Below are positions 56,657 to 64,000 of a DNA stretch of 64,000 bases, piece by piece. The first letter of the stretch is position 1. The number at the start of each line of letters is the position of its first letter. A program made the position numbers and the translations under genes. The DNA is from Bacteroidales bacterium (GTDB taxonomy: Bacteria > Bacteroidota > Bacteroidia > Bacteroidales > Bacteroidaceae): contig SFFY01000002.1 of assembly GCA_004556745.1 (NCBI GenBank), forward strand, positions 10,056 through 74,055. The letters run 5' to 3'. The notes beneath the pieces were generated by a model. That model made no database searches and was not told the DNA's origin. It saw nothing but the letters and a program-made list of their open reading frames with translations.

Positions 56657-56911
56657 ATGGCAAATCACAAATCATCTGTAAAGAGAATCCGTCAGACGGC
56701 TACGCGCAGATTGCACAATAGATACTATGCAAAGACCATGCGTAACGCTGTGCGCAAGCTCCGCGCTACTACTGACAAGGCAGTCGCTACCGAACTGCTT
56801 CCCAAAGTTCAGAAAATGCTGGACAAACTCGCTAAGACCAACATCATTCACAAGAACAAGGCCGCTAACATCAAGTCGAGCGTTGCCCGCCATGTGAATG
56901 GTCTTGCATAA
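56657..56911 (+). CDS. rpsT: 30S ribosomal protein S20
   Basis: [13 protein letters not shown] ... IIHKNKAAN. Confidence 0.97.
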   Translation: MANHKSSVKRIRQTATRRLHNRYYAKTMRNAVRKLRATTDKAVATELLPKVQKMLDKLAKTNIIHKNKAANIKSSVARHVNGLA

Positions 56912-56957
56912 GCAATCAAGAAGAATACTCTTATCATTCTAACATTCCCCATAACAG

Positions 56958-57046
56958 AAGAACCGAAGTCGTGATGATTTCGGTTCTTTATTTTATGTGC
57001 GGGGTAAAGTTAAGGAACTGTGCCGAGTGGTGAGGCACAGTTCCTT
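56958..57046. terminator. Two tandem terminator hairpins between convergent rpsT and envC-like gene
   Basis: AAGAACCGAAGTC/GATTTCGGTTCTT and AAGGAACTGTGCC/GGCACAGTTCCTT. Confidence 0.8.
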
Positions 57047-57053
57047 CTTTATT

Positions 57054-58436
57054 CTATCGTCCCAGCCACGGCTCCGGGTTGAGCTTCTCGCGCTCGCGGC
57101 GCAGTTGGAAGTGCAGGGTGCAGTTGCCCGAAGCGTCGGCGGCAACGCGCCCGAGCACCTGGCGGGCCGTTACCTTCTGCCCGCGCTTCACGGCGCAGCT
57201 GGCAAGGTTGCAGTAGACCGACATATAACTGCCGTGGCGCACGATGACGTTTTGCATGCCGCCGATCGAGAAGATGGCGGTCACCTCGCCGGCAAATACG
57301 CTGCGTGCCTGTGCGCCCGGGTACCCCGTGATGTTGATGCCCTTGTTGTCGAGTTGCACGCCGCGCAGGCCTTCCACATTATATTGCCCGTAGTGCGCGG
57401 AGATAAAGTAAGAGCCGGTGATAGGCATCGGCAGGCGGCCTTTGTTGGCCTGGAAACTGCCGTTGACGGCGCGGTCGGCATTGTCTTCCTCGTAGAAGCG
57501 CGGCGTGGCGGTGCGCTCTGCCGGCTTGGAGGGTTTCGTTGAAGTTTTCTTGTTAGAGGCTGACGGTTTCTTGCCGGCGGCAGCCTTTTTGTTGGCAGCG
57601 GCGGCGCGGCGCTCTTCTTCCTTGCGCTTGCGCTCCGCTTCGGCGCGGCGGCGTGCCTCGGCTTCCTTGCGGCGACGCTCGGCGGCGGCGATTTCCTCCT
57701 GGATAAGTTTGTCGATGCGGGCATCGAGCTGCTTTTGCCGCTTCTTGTTTTGCGCAATCGTTTTTTGCAGCTGCTTTTGCTTAGCGTTGAGGCTGTTCAC
57801 CACCTTTTGCCTGTCCTGCTTCTGCTGTTCGAGCCGTGCCTGCTGCTGTTTGCCTTCTTGCAGCAGCGCATCTTTCTCCTGTTTTGTGGCCAGCAGTTCT
57901 GCACGCTTTGCCTTTATGGTGTCTTCTTTTTGGCGGATAATCTCGCCCTGTGCGCGCTGATATTTTGAATATTCCGTGATGTAGCGCATACGGCGCGACA
58001 TCTGCCGGAAACTATTCGCCGAAAGAATGAACTTCCATTTGCTTTGTCCGAGGCGGTTGCGGTTGAGTTGCGTCACGGCGCGGCGGTATTTCTGCTTGCA
58101 GTCGGCAAGGTCTTTTTCCAAGACTTTGAGTTGCTTTTGCAGCGAGGTGATGTCGCCCTGCAAGGCCGACACCTCGTTGTGCACGCTCTGCACGTAGTTT
58201 TGCTGCTTCGTGATTTGGCTGCTGATGACCATGAGGTTGTTGAGTTGCGAGGCAACGTCCTTCTTGGTCGTCTTGAGCATTTTTTCCGATTCGCTGATTT
58301 GCTTTTCCAGCGTGGTGCGCTCCGATTGCAGTTTCTTGATCTTCTTGTTGGTCTGCGCCGTGAGTGTGAGCGATGCGCAGAGCATCGCCAGCAGCACGGC
58401 GAGGAAACGGGCGGTTATGTTTTGGAACATAGTCAT
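57054..58436 (-). CDS. Murein hydrolase activator EnvC family (coiled coil + degenerate M23 domain)
   Basis: Signal peptide, long coiled coil, NKGRLPMPI, NKGINI, VIVRHG, LHFQLR. Confidence 0.9.
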   Translation of the reverse strand: MTMFQNITARFLAVLLAMLCASLTLTAQTNKKIKKLQSERTTLEKQISESEKMLKTTKKDVASQLNNLMVISSQITKQQNYVQSVHNEVSALQGDITSLQKQLKVLEKDLADCKQKYRRAVTQLNRNRLGQSKWKFILSANSFRQMSRRMRYITEYSKYQRAQGEIIRQKEDTIKAKRAELLATKQEKDALLQEGKQQQARLEQQKQDRQKVVNSLNAKQKQLQKTIAQNKKRQKQLDARIDKLIQEEIAAAERRRKEAEARRRAEAERKRKEEERRAAAANKKAAAGKKPSASNKKTSTKPSKPAERTATPRFYEEDNADRAVNGSFQANKGRLPMPITGSYFISAHYGQYNVEGLRGVQLDNKGINITGYPGAQARSVFAGEVTAIFSIGGMQNVIVRHGSYMSVYCNLASCAVKRGQKVTARQVLGRVAADASGNCTLHFQLRREREKLNPEPWLGR

Positions 58437-58439
58437 AAC

Positions 58440-59291
58440 TTAGGGTATCAATTTGAGGAGCGACTCGGCCTTTTTCCTTTTATATTTCCCCGAAAGTTGC
58501 GTGTGCGAGGGCCATTTGGCATCTTCCGTGATTTTGGAGAGTTCCATGTTGATGGTGAAACTTTCCTTGCCGTTTTGGGCGGCAAGGTTCATTTTGGAGG
58601 GAAAAAGCCCGCCGGCAAAGGGCACGCGCTCCTCATAGCCGAAAGCGATGGCGGCGTTCTGCCCTGCGGCGTTGAGCAACTTTGCGCTTTCGGGCAGGGC
58701 CTTTTCCGCGTTGGCGAGTGTCTCGACGGAGAGCGTGCTGCCGAGGTTCATGAAGAGTTTGATTGCTTTGCCGCTCTCCGAGGCAATGATGCGCTCGGCG
58801 CAGGCGCGGGCATCGAGGCCCTGCGGCATGTAAAACTCGCCCCAGAAGAGGCTTTCTATCAGATGGAAGTCGATGTCGAGTTTGCCCAAGAGCGGGTTGT
58901 TGCGCAGTTCTGTGCGCACGTAGTACTTTTCGAGGCGGTTGATAATCGTCACTGAGTCGGGGTCGATTTCGAGTCTGATTACCTCAATGCCGAATTTCGA
59001 GAATGCGATTTGCACCGCCTCGCCGCGCTTCATTTTCAGCGAGCCGTTGGCAGAAATGGAGTTGCCGCCGCCTGCGAGATTGGCTTTAAGTTTTGCTGTT
59101 ACGGCTTTTGCAGATACCTTCTGCTCGTTCATCTTGCCGATGAAGGCGGCGTTGGCTGCGACGACGCGGCTGCTTTCGGCGGCGGCGTTCGATGCGCCGC
59201 CTGTTTCGGTGATGGTTTTGGAGGATTTGCAGCTGGCGAGCATAAGGCAGGCCAGCAGTGCAAAGCATAGATTTTTAAGGGAGAGTTGCAT
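58440..59291 (-). CDS. DUF4292-like lipoprotein
   Basis: Lipobox LASC, GIEVIRLEI, INRLEK; conserved position between TPR and envC genes. Confidence 0.8.
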   Translation of the reverse strand: MQLSLKNLCFALLACLMLASCKSSKTITETGGASNAAAESSRVVAANAAFIGKMNEQKVSAKAVTAKLKANLAGGGNSISANGSLKMKRGEAVQIAFSKFGIEVIRLEIDPDSVTIINRLEKYYVRTELRNNPLLGKLDIDFHLIESLFWGEFYMPQGLDARACAERIIASESGKAIKLFMNLGSTLSVETLANAEKALPESAKLLNAAGQNAAIAFGYEERVPFAGGLFPSKMNLAAQNGKESFTINMELSKITEDAKWPSHTQLSGKYKRKKAESLLKLIP

Positions 59292-59351
59292 GGGGGAGAA
59301 AGGTTTTTGGAGAGCCCGGATATTCCGGAAAATCCGGAACTCCCGAAACAG

Positions 59352-61151
59352 TTATAATCTTCTGCGGCGCACCTTTTGGTTGATGCGGCGGCGTTCGGCA
59401 GGCGTTTTGGCTTGGCGCGAGGCCCTGCGCCAATAGTTGTTGGCGGCTGTGCGGCGACCGGCGCGGTAGTTGATGTCGCCGGCGTGCTCGTAGAGCGTGG
59501 CATCGCCCGTGCCCGAACTGTCGGCGCAGGCAATGCAGCGTTCGATTATTTCGTAGGCCTGCTCGTAACGTTTCTGCTGATACAGTATCCAAGCATACGT
59601 ATCGAGATACGTGGCGTTGTTTGGCTCATGGTCTACCGTGCGCTTGCTCATGGCTTCGGCATCGTCGAGGCGGAGATTGGCTAGCGAGAGGAAATAGGCG
59701 TAATTGTTGAGGCAGAGCAGATTAGCACTGTTATATTTCAGCGCGTTGTCGTAGGCCGTGAACGCTTCCTGCGCCTGCCCTTCTTCGTGCAGGATATCGC
59801 CGAGCAGGGCAAAATAGTTGGAGGAAGTTTCCGGGTCTTTCGACTCGTCCACGTATGGCTCGCCGCGCCTCAGTGCCGCAATGGCTTCCTTATTCTTGTT
59901 AAGGCCGTACTCTGTCACGGCTTCAAAATAATAGAAAGCAGGTTCGGCGGGGTCATATTTCTGCCCGTCGCGGCACACTTTAAGGGCCGTTTCCTCATAA
60001 TTCTCGCTCCCCGCCATACCTAAGAGCAGGAAGCGAGCCGGCGAGTAGTCGGGTTCTATTTCCAAGATGCGCCAAGCCAGTTCTGCCTGCTTCTGTTCTG
60101 CCATGCCCGTGGTCACCATATAACTGAGGTAGAGCATAGCCACGTCGCGGTTGTCCTGCGGCATCTGCATCACGCGGTCGAAGAGTTGCACCACGACGGT
60201 TGTGTCGCCGCCGTTTTGCAGGTTGTCCTGCGCAAAGCCGCGCAAGGCTTCCACGCGCGTGTCGGTCTGCGTGCTTGGGCTGAACACCACGCGCTGCAGC
60301 AAGTTCATATAAAGCGAGTCGGCTTCGGCGGCCTTGTAATAGGCAAGCAGCGAGAGTTGCGCGTAACTGTTGTCGGGCTCGGCGGCAAGCACGTCGCGGT
60401 AAGTGTTGAGTGCCATTTCGTGGTGCCCGCTCTGCTCATAGAGATCGCCGAGCAGCACGCGGTAGCGCAGGTCGAGCGGGAAGGCGGCGCAGAGGTCTTC
60501 GATAGACTTGTATGCCAGTTCCGTGTTGTCGGTTTCGCTGTAAAGCCGGAACTTTTCAAGACTTATTTCTTCGCTCGGCCCGTCCAGCCGCTCTATCTGA
60601 TTGAGGGCGCGGATAGCGGCGGGGTAGTCCTTGCGCATTTCGTAGAGTTGCACCAGTCGGGAGTAGTTCTCAGGCGTAGGCCGCTCTGCCGCCACTTGCT
60701 CGAAGAGCGGCAATGCTTCTGCCACGCGCCCCGTGCTTACGAGGTGCTGCCCGTAGATTTGCTTGTAATAGCGGTTGTGCGGCGCGAGTTTCACGGCGCG
60801 TGCCAGCAGCGAGTCGCCTTCGCGGCGCAGCAGGGAGTCGGAATATGCCATACGCTCCGTTTGCAGCCGTCCCAGTTCAAACAGGGCTTCCGAGGCATTG
60901 GGGTCTATGCGCAACGCCTCGCGCAGCAGCCGGAACATAGCGTCGTAATGCTCCAGTTGCTTTTGCCGCGCGGCTTCGGCGAAGAGTTCGTCGTAGCGCA
61001 CCTGCTGCTCGTAGGGCAGCGCGGGCTTGGCGGGTGCCACGCCCCGCAAACGCTCGTAGAAAGGCGGTTCGTCTTTCTGCGTGCGGCACGACACGAGCAG
61101 GCACAGCAGCAATGCCAGCGGCAGTAAATATTTGAAACAGATTTTTGGCAT
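59352..61151 (-). CDS. Tetratricopeptide-repeat lipoprotein
   Basis: Lipobox LVSC, TPR helices, LNNYAYFLS, YLDTYAWILY, EHAGDI. Confidence 0.88.
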   Translation of the reverse strand: MPKICFKYLLPLALLLCLLVSCRTQKDEPPFYERLRGVAPAKPALPYEQQVRYDELFAEAARQKQLEHYDAMFRLLREALRIDPNASEALFELGRLQTERMAYSDSLLRREGDSLLARAVKLAPHNRYYKQIYGQHLVSTGRVAEALPLFEQVAAERPTPENYSRLVQLYEMRKDYPAAIRALNQIERLDGPSEEISLEKFRLYSETDNTELAYKSIEDLCAAFPLDLRYRVLLGDLYEQSGHHEMALNTYRDVLAAEPDNSYAQLSLLAYYKAAEADSLYMNLLQRVVFSPSTQTDTRVEALRGFAQDNLQNGGDTTVVVQLFDRVMQMPQDNRDVAMLYLSYMVTTGMAEQKQAELAWRILEIEPDYSPARFLLLGMAGSENYEETALKVCRDGQKYDPAEPAFYYFEAVTEYGLNKNKEAIAALRRGEPYVDESKDPETSSNYFALLGDILHEEGQAQEAFTAYDNALKYNSANLLCLNNYAYFLSLANLRLDDAEAMSKRTVDHEPNNATYLDTYAWILYQQKRYEQAYEIIERCIACADSSGTGDATLYEHAGDINYRAGRRTAANNYWRRASRQAKTPAERRRINQKVRRRRL

Positions 61152-61175
61152 ATTATAAATTGAGATGCACGATGC

Positions 61176-61616
61176 TTACACTCCCGAGTGCCCGAAGCCG
61201 CCTGCGCCGCGCTCCGTTTCGGAGAGTTCCGTGGCGGGCTGCCAGGCAATGGTCTCGTGGCGGGCGATGACCATTTGCGCGATGCGGTCGCCGTCGTTGA
61301 TGGTAAAGGGCTCGGAGGAGAGGTTCACGAGAATGATTTTAATCTCGCCGCGATAGTCGGCATCGATGGTACCCGGTGCGTTGAGCACGCCGATGCCGTG
61401 CTTGATGGCCAGGCCCGAGCGCGGGCGCACCTGTGCCTCGTAGCCTTTTGGCAGTGCCATGAACAGCCCTGTGGGTATCAGTGCCCTTTGCAGCGGCTCG
61501 AGCGTTACGGGCGCGTCGATGTTGGCGCGTAAGTCCATGCCTGCGCTCTGCTCAGTGGCGTATTCGGGCAGCGCGTGGCGCGATTTATTGACGATGGGGA
61601 TTTGTATCATATTCAT
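61176..61616 (-). CDS. dut: dUTP diphosphatase
   Basis: [37 protein letters not shown] (start could be 61610). Confidence 0.97.
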   Translation of the reverse strand: MNMIQIPIVNKSRHALPEYATEQSAGMDLRANIDAPVTLEPLQRALIPTGLFMALPKGYEAQVRPRSGLAIKHGIGVLNAPGTIDADYRGEIKIILVNLSSEPFTINDGDRIAQMVIARHETIAWQPATELSETERGAGGFGHSGV

Positions 61617-61650
61617 AGATTGTATTTAGAGGCAGTGATTGATCATGGTT

Positions 61651-62646
61651 TCAAGCATCAGCCAGCGGGCAGTTGTCGAGGATATCGTTCAGTTCCTTCA
61701 CCGTTTCTGCTCGGAGCATGGCGATGCGCGTGGCGCGGAAGTTCGGGATGCCTTTGAAGAGCGGCGAGGCGGCGAGGTGGCGGCGCACGTGGAGAATGCC
61801 GCGATATTCGTCGATGCGTGCCACGCTTTCCTCGATTTGCTGTTTCAGGATGGCGAGTTTCTCTTGCGGCGTGAACAGGTTGTTCGCCTTTTCGGGCGTT
61901 TCGGGGTGGTCGAGGGCGTAGCGTATCTCGCTGAATATCCACGGCCGGCCGAAGGTGGCGCGTCCCACCATCACGGCATCTACGCCGAAGGTGTCGAAAG
62001 CGCGGAGCGCATCGGTGCCCGAGGCGATGTCGCCGTTGCCGATAATGGGAATGTGCATGCGCGGGTTGCGTTTCACCTCGCCGATGAGCGTCCAATCGGC
62101 TTCGCCCGTGTACATCTGCGCCCTTGTGCGTCCGTGGATGGTGAGGGCGGCGATGCCGCAGTCTTGCAGTTGCTCCGCAAGTCTGACGATGGGCTTGTCG
62201 CTGCTGTCCCAACCGAGGCGTGTCTTGGCCGTTACGGGAATATCCACGGCCTCTACCACGGCGCGTGCGATGTCGAGCATGAGCGGAATGTTTTGCAGCA
62301 ATCCCGCCCCCGAGCCTTTGCCTGCCACGCGCTTTACGGGGCAGCCGAAGTTGATGTCGAGCACGTCGGGCGCGGCTTTTTCCACCACGATTTGCGCCGC
62401 GTCGCGCATGGCAATAGGGTCTTTGCCGTATATCTGTATGGCCACGGGGCGCTCGGCGGCGCACACCGTGAGTTTTTCGAGGCTTTTGTTCACGTAGCGC
62501 ACGAGGGCGTCGGCTGCCACGAACTCCGAATAGACCATAGATGCGCCGAGGCGGCGGCACAGCAAGCGGAAGCCGATGTCAGTCACGTCCTCCATTGGGG
62601 CAAGCAGCACGGGACGCTGCCCGAGGTCGATAGTGCCAATTTTCAT
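61651..62646 (-). CDS. dusB: tRNA dihydrouridine synthase
   Basis: LAPMEDVTD, DINFGCPV, TIHGRT, GNGDI, MVGRA. Confidence 0.92.
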   Translation of the reverse strand: MKIGTIDLGQRPVLLAPMEDVTDIGFRLLCRRLGASMVYSEFVAADALVRYVNKSLEKLTVCAAERPVAIQIYGKDPIAMRDAAQIVVEKAAPDVLDINFGCPVKRVAGKGSGAGLLQNIPLMLDIARAVVEAVDIPVTAKTRLGWDSSDKPIVRLAEQLQDCGIAALTIHGRTRAQMYTGEADWTLIGEVKRNPRMHIPIIGNGDIASGTDALRAFDTFGVDAVMVGRATFGRPWIFSEIRYALDHPETPEKANNLFTPQEKLAILKQQIEESVARIDEYRGILHVRRHLAASPLFKGIPNFRATRIAMLRAETVKELNDILDNCPLADA

Positions 62647-62656
62647 AATCGTTTTT

Positions 62657-62768
62657 TAGTATACGAGTTTACGAGTAGACGAGACAGAAATGTCGTGCAA
62701 GTATGTTTACTCGTTTACTGGTCTACTTGTTTACTTGTTTACTCGTTTACTTGTTTACTTGTTTACTC
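62657..62768. repeat. Inverted array of 8-bp AGTnnACR units
   Basis: TAGTATACGAGTTTACGAGTAGACGAGACA ... about 8 GTTTACTY units; the last unit contains the stop codon of the CPBP gene. Confidence 0.85.
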
Positions 62769-63431
62769 AAAATACAACAAGATTACAGCGAGCGTGTTGT
62801 TGGCGATGTGTACGGGCAGGCAGAGCCGCAGGTCGCCTGTGCGGCGGTAGAGCCACGCGAGGTACATGCCCAATACGAACGCCACGCCGCCCTGCATCAC
62901 GTTGCCGTGGGCAAGGGCGAAGAAAAATGCGCTTGCTACGGCCGCCCCGCTGTAAGAGCGGCCCGACTTTACGACGTTGCTGATAAAGCCCTCGCGGAAC
63001 ACGAGTTCCTCGGCGAGCGGACCTATGAAGCAAAGGCCGATGAGGCAGAGCGGGTGGGGCAGCATTTGGCGGAACATCTCTGTCGTGCCGCCGTCGTCTG
63101 CACCGATATATTCCAAGAACCACGAACCGGCGAGCGAGAGCAGCAGGCCCGCCGTGACGGCGGCCGCCAGTTCCATGCCGAAGCCGTACTTCATGTTGCC
63201 CTTGCACTCCTTTGCAGCGCCCAGCCACGCTTTCGGCTTGCGCACCAGCCGCGTGAGGGGCAGCACCGCCACGAGCACGAGGTTGAGGCATAACAACGCC
63301 GTGCCGTAAAGGGGCGCATCGATCTCGCCGGGTATCGTTCCCAGCGTGAGATATTGATATAACATTACGGCGCAGGCTGCCAGTATTTGTGCTACAAAAT
63401 AGATTGCCAATACGAGGCCGGAGTTGAGCAT
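62763..63431 (-). CDS. CPBP (CAAX protease / Abi) family intramembrane metalloprotease
   Basis: PLAEELVFR, FFALAH, HIANN. Confidence 0.9.
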   Translation of the reverse strand: MLNSGLVLAIYFVAQILAACAVMLYQYLTLGTIPGEIDAPLYGTALLCLNLVLVAVLPLTRLVRKPKAWLGAAKECKGNMKYGFGMELAAAVTAGLLLSLAGSWFLEYIGADDGGTTEMFRQMLPHPLCLIGLCFIGPLAEELVFREGFISNVVKSGRSYSGAAVASAFFFALAHGNVMQGGVAFVLGMYLAWLYRRTGDLRLCLPVHIANNTLAVILLYFE

Positions 63432-63539
63432 AGTGATAGGGGCTTTCTTGTTTGATGCGTTGTTTTAATAAATCAACTTAGTTGGATTTACAATTACGGT
63501 CTCACGAGTTGGTTTAATCAATGCGTTTGTCTACTACAT

Positions 63540-64000
63540 TTATTTTGCAAAGATACCGCGCACCGTTTCGGCATCTTTATTTAGTTGCGCCCGAAGTTCG
63601 TCGAGCGAGGCAAATTGCTGCTCGTCGCGCACGCGGGCCACAAATTCCAGCGTCAGCTTGTGCCCGTAGAGCGGCGTGCCGCCGTAGTCGAAGAGATGTG
63701 CCTCGATGGTCTGCCCGCGCCCGTCGTTGAGGGTGGGGCGGCGGCCGATGTTGAGCATGCCTTCGTAGGCAAAGCCGTCCACGTAGGCGCGAATGGCGTA
63801 CACGCCGCGCCCGGGAACGATTTTCTCAGCACTGTCCGGCGCGAGATTAGCCGTAGGGAAACCCACTTCGCGCCCCACGTGCCGCCCCTCTTCCACCGTA
63901 CCCGTGAGGCGGTAGTAGCGGCCGAGGCATTCGTAAGCCCCTGCCACGTTGCCCGCCGCAAGCATACGCCGCGCGGCAGAACTGCTCACTGTGAGGTCCG
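63540..64000 (-). CDS. ribF: Bifunctional riboflavin kinase/FAD synthetase, C-terminal part (start outside window)
   Basis: VSSS, GREVGFPTANL, GVY, NIGRRPT, IEAHLFD, RDEQQF. Confidence 0.93.
   Translation of the reverse strand, partial: DLTVSSSAARRMLAAGNVAGAYECLGRYYRLTGTVEEGRHVGREVGFPTANLAPDSAEKIVPGRGVYAIRAYVDGFAYEGMLNIGRRPTLNDGRGQTIEAHLFDYGGTPLYGHKLTLEFVARVRDEQQFASLDELRAQLNKDAETVRGIFAK

Noticed and set aside
56560..56660. tRNA-Glu as an integration site
   Set aside because: Followed directly by rpsT; no integrase and no duplicated tRNA 3' end seen.
13891..62850. Very long antisense ORFs (e.g. 13891..15786, 23168..25087, 30215..31825, 50163..51776, 61639..62850)
   Set aside because: Expected opposite GC-rich genes that avoid TTA/CTA/TCA codons; each fully overlaps a well-supported gene.

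Overview
GC-rich chromosomal region of a Bacteroidales bacterium, probably Prevotellaceae (inferred from TAnnTTTG -7 promoters, lack of Shine-Dalgarno sites, T9SS-type cargo proteins and gene order). Coding content is mostly housekeeping: ompH-murI-purD, znuA/C-like ABC genes, a DEAD-box helicase, DUF2723 plus a deacetylase, a WYL regulator, topA-aroK-speA, a THUMP methyltransferase, an S9 peptidase, ridA, a dcw cluster (rsmH to ftsW) that lacks mraZ and stops before murG, nrdDG, a GH20 hexosaminidase, recO, tRNA-Glu, rpsT and the ribF-dus-dut-TPR-DUF4292-envC run. There are also three large secreted multi-domain proteins. I found no transposase, integrase, cas gene or prophage gene. The unusual signal is intergenic: at least six unrelated families of palindromic repeats. 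The best candidate for something undescribed is a ~380-bp head-to-head pair of multi-branched hairpins present twice (6050-6436, 10942-11316), with clear compensatory substitutions. Next is a WYL regulator with a candidate operator replacing the -33 element of a weak promoter for a small membrane protein, and a tandem candidate operator in the nrdD leader. All product calls come from motif recognition by eye; no database search was run.
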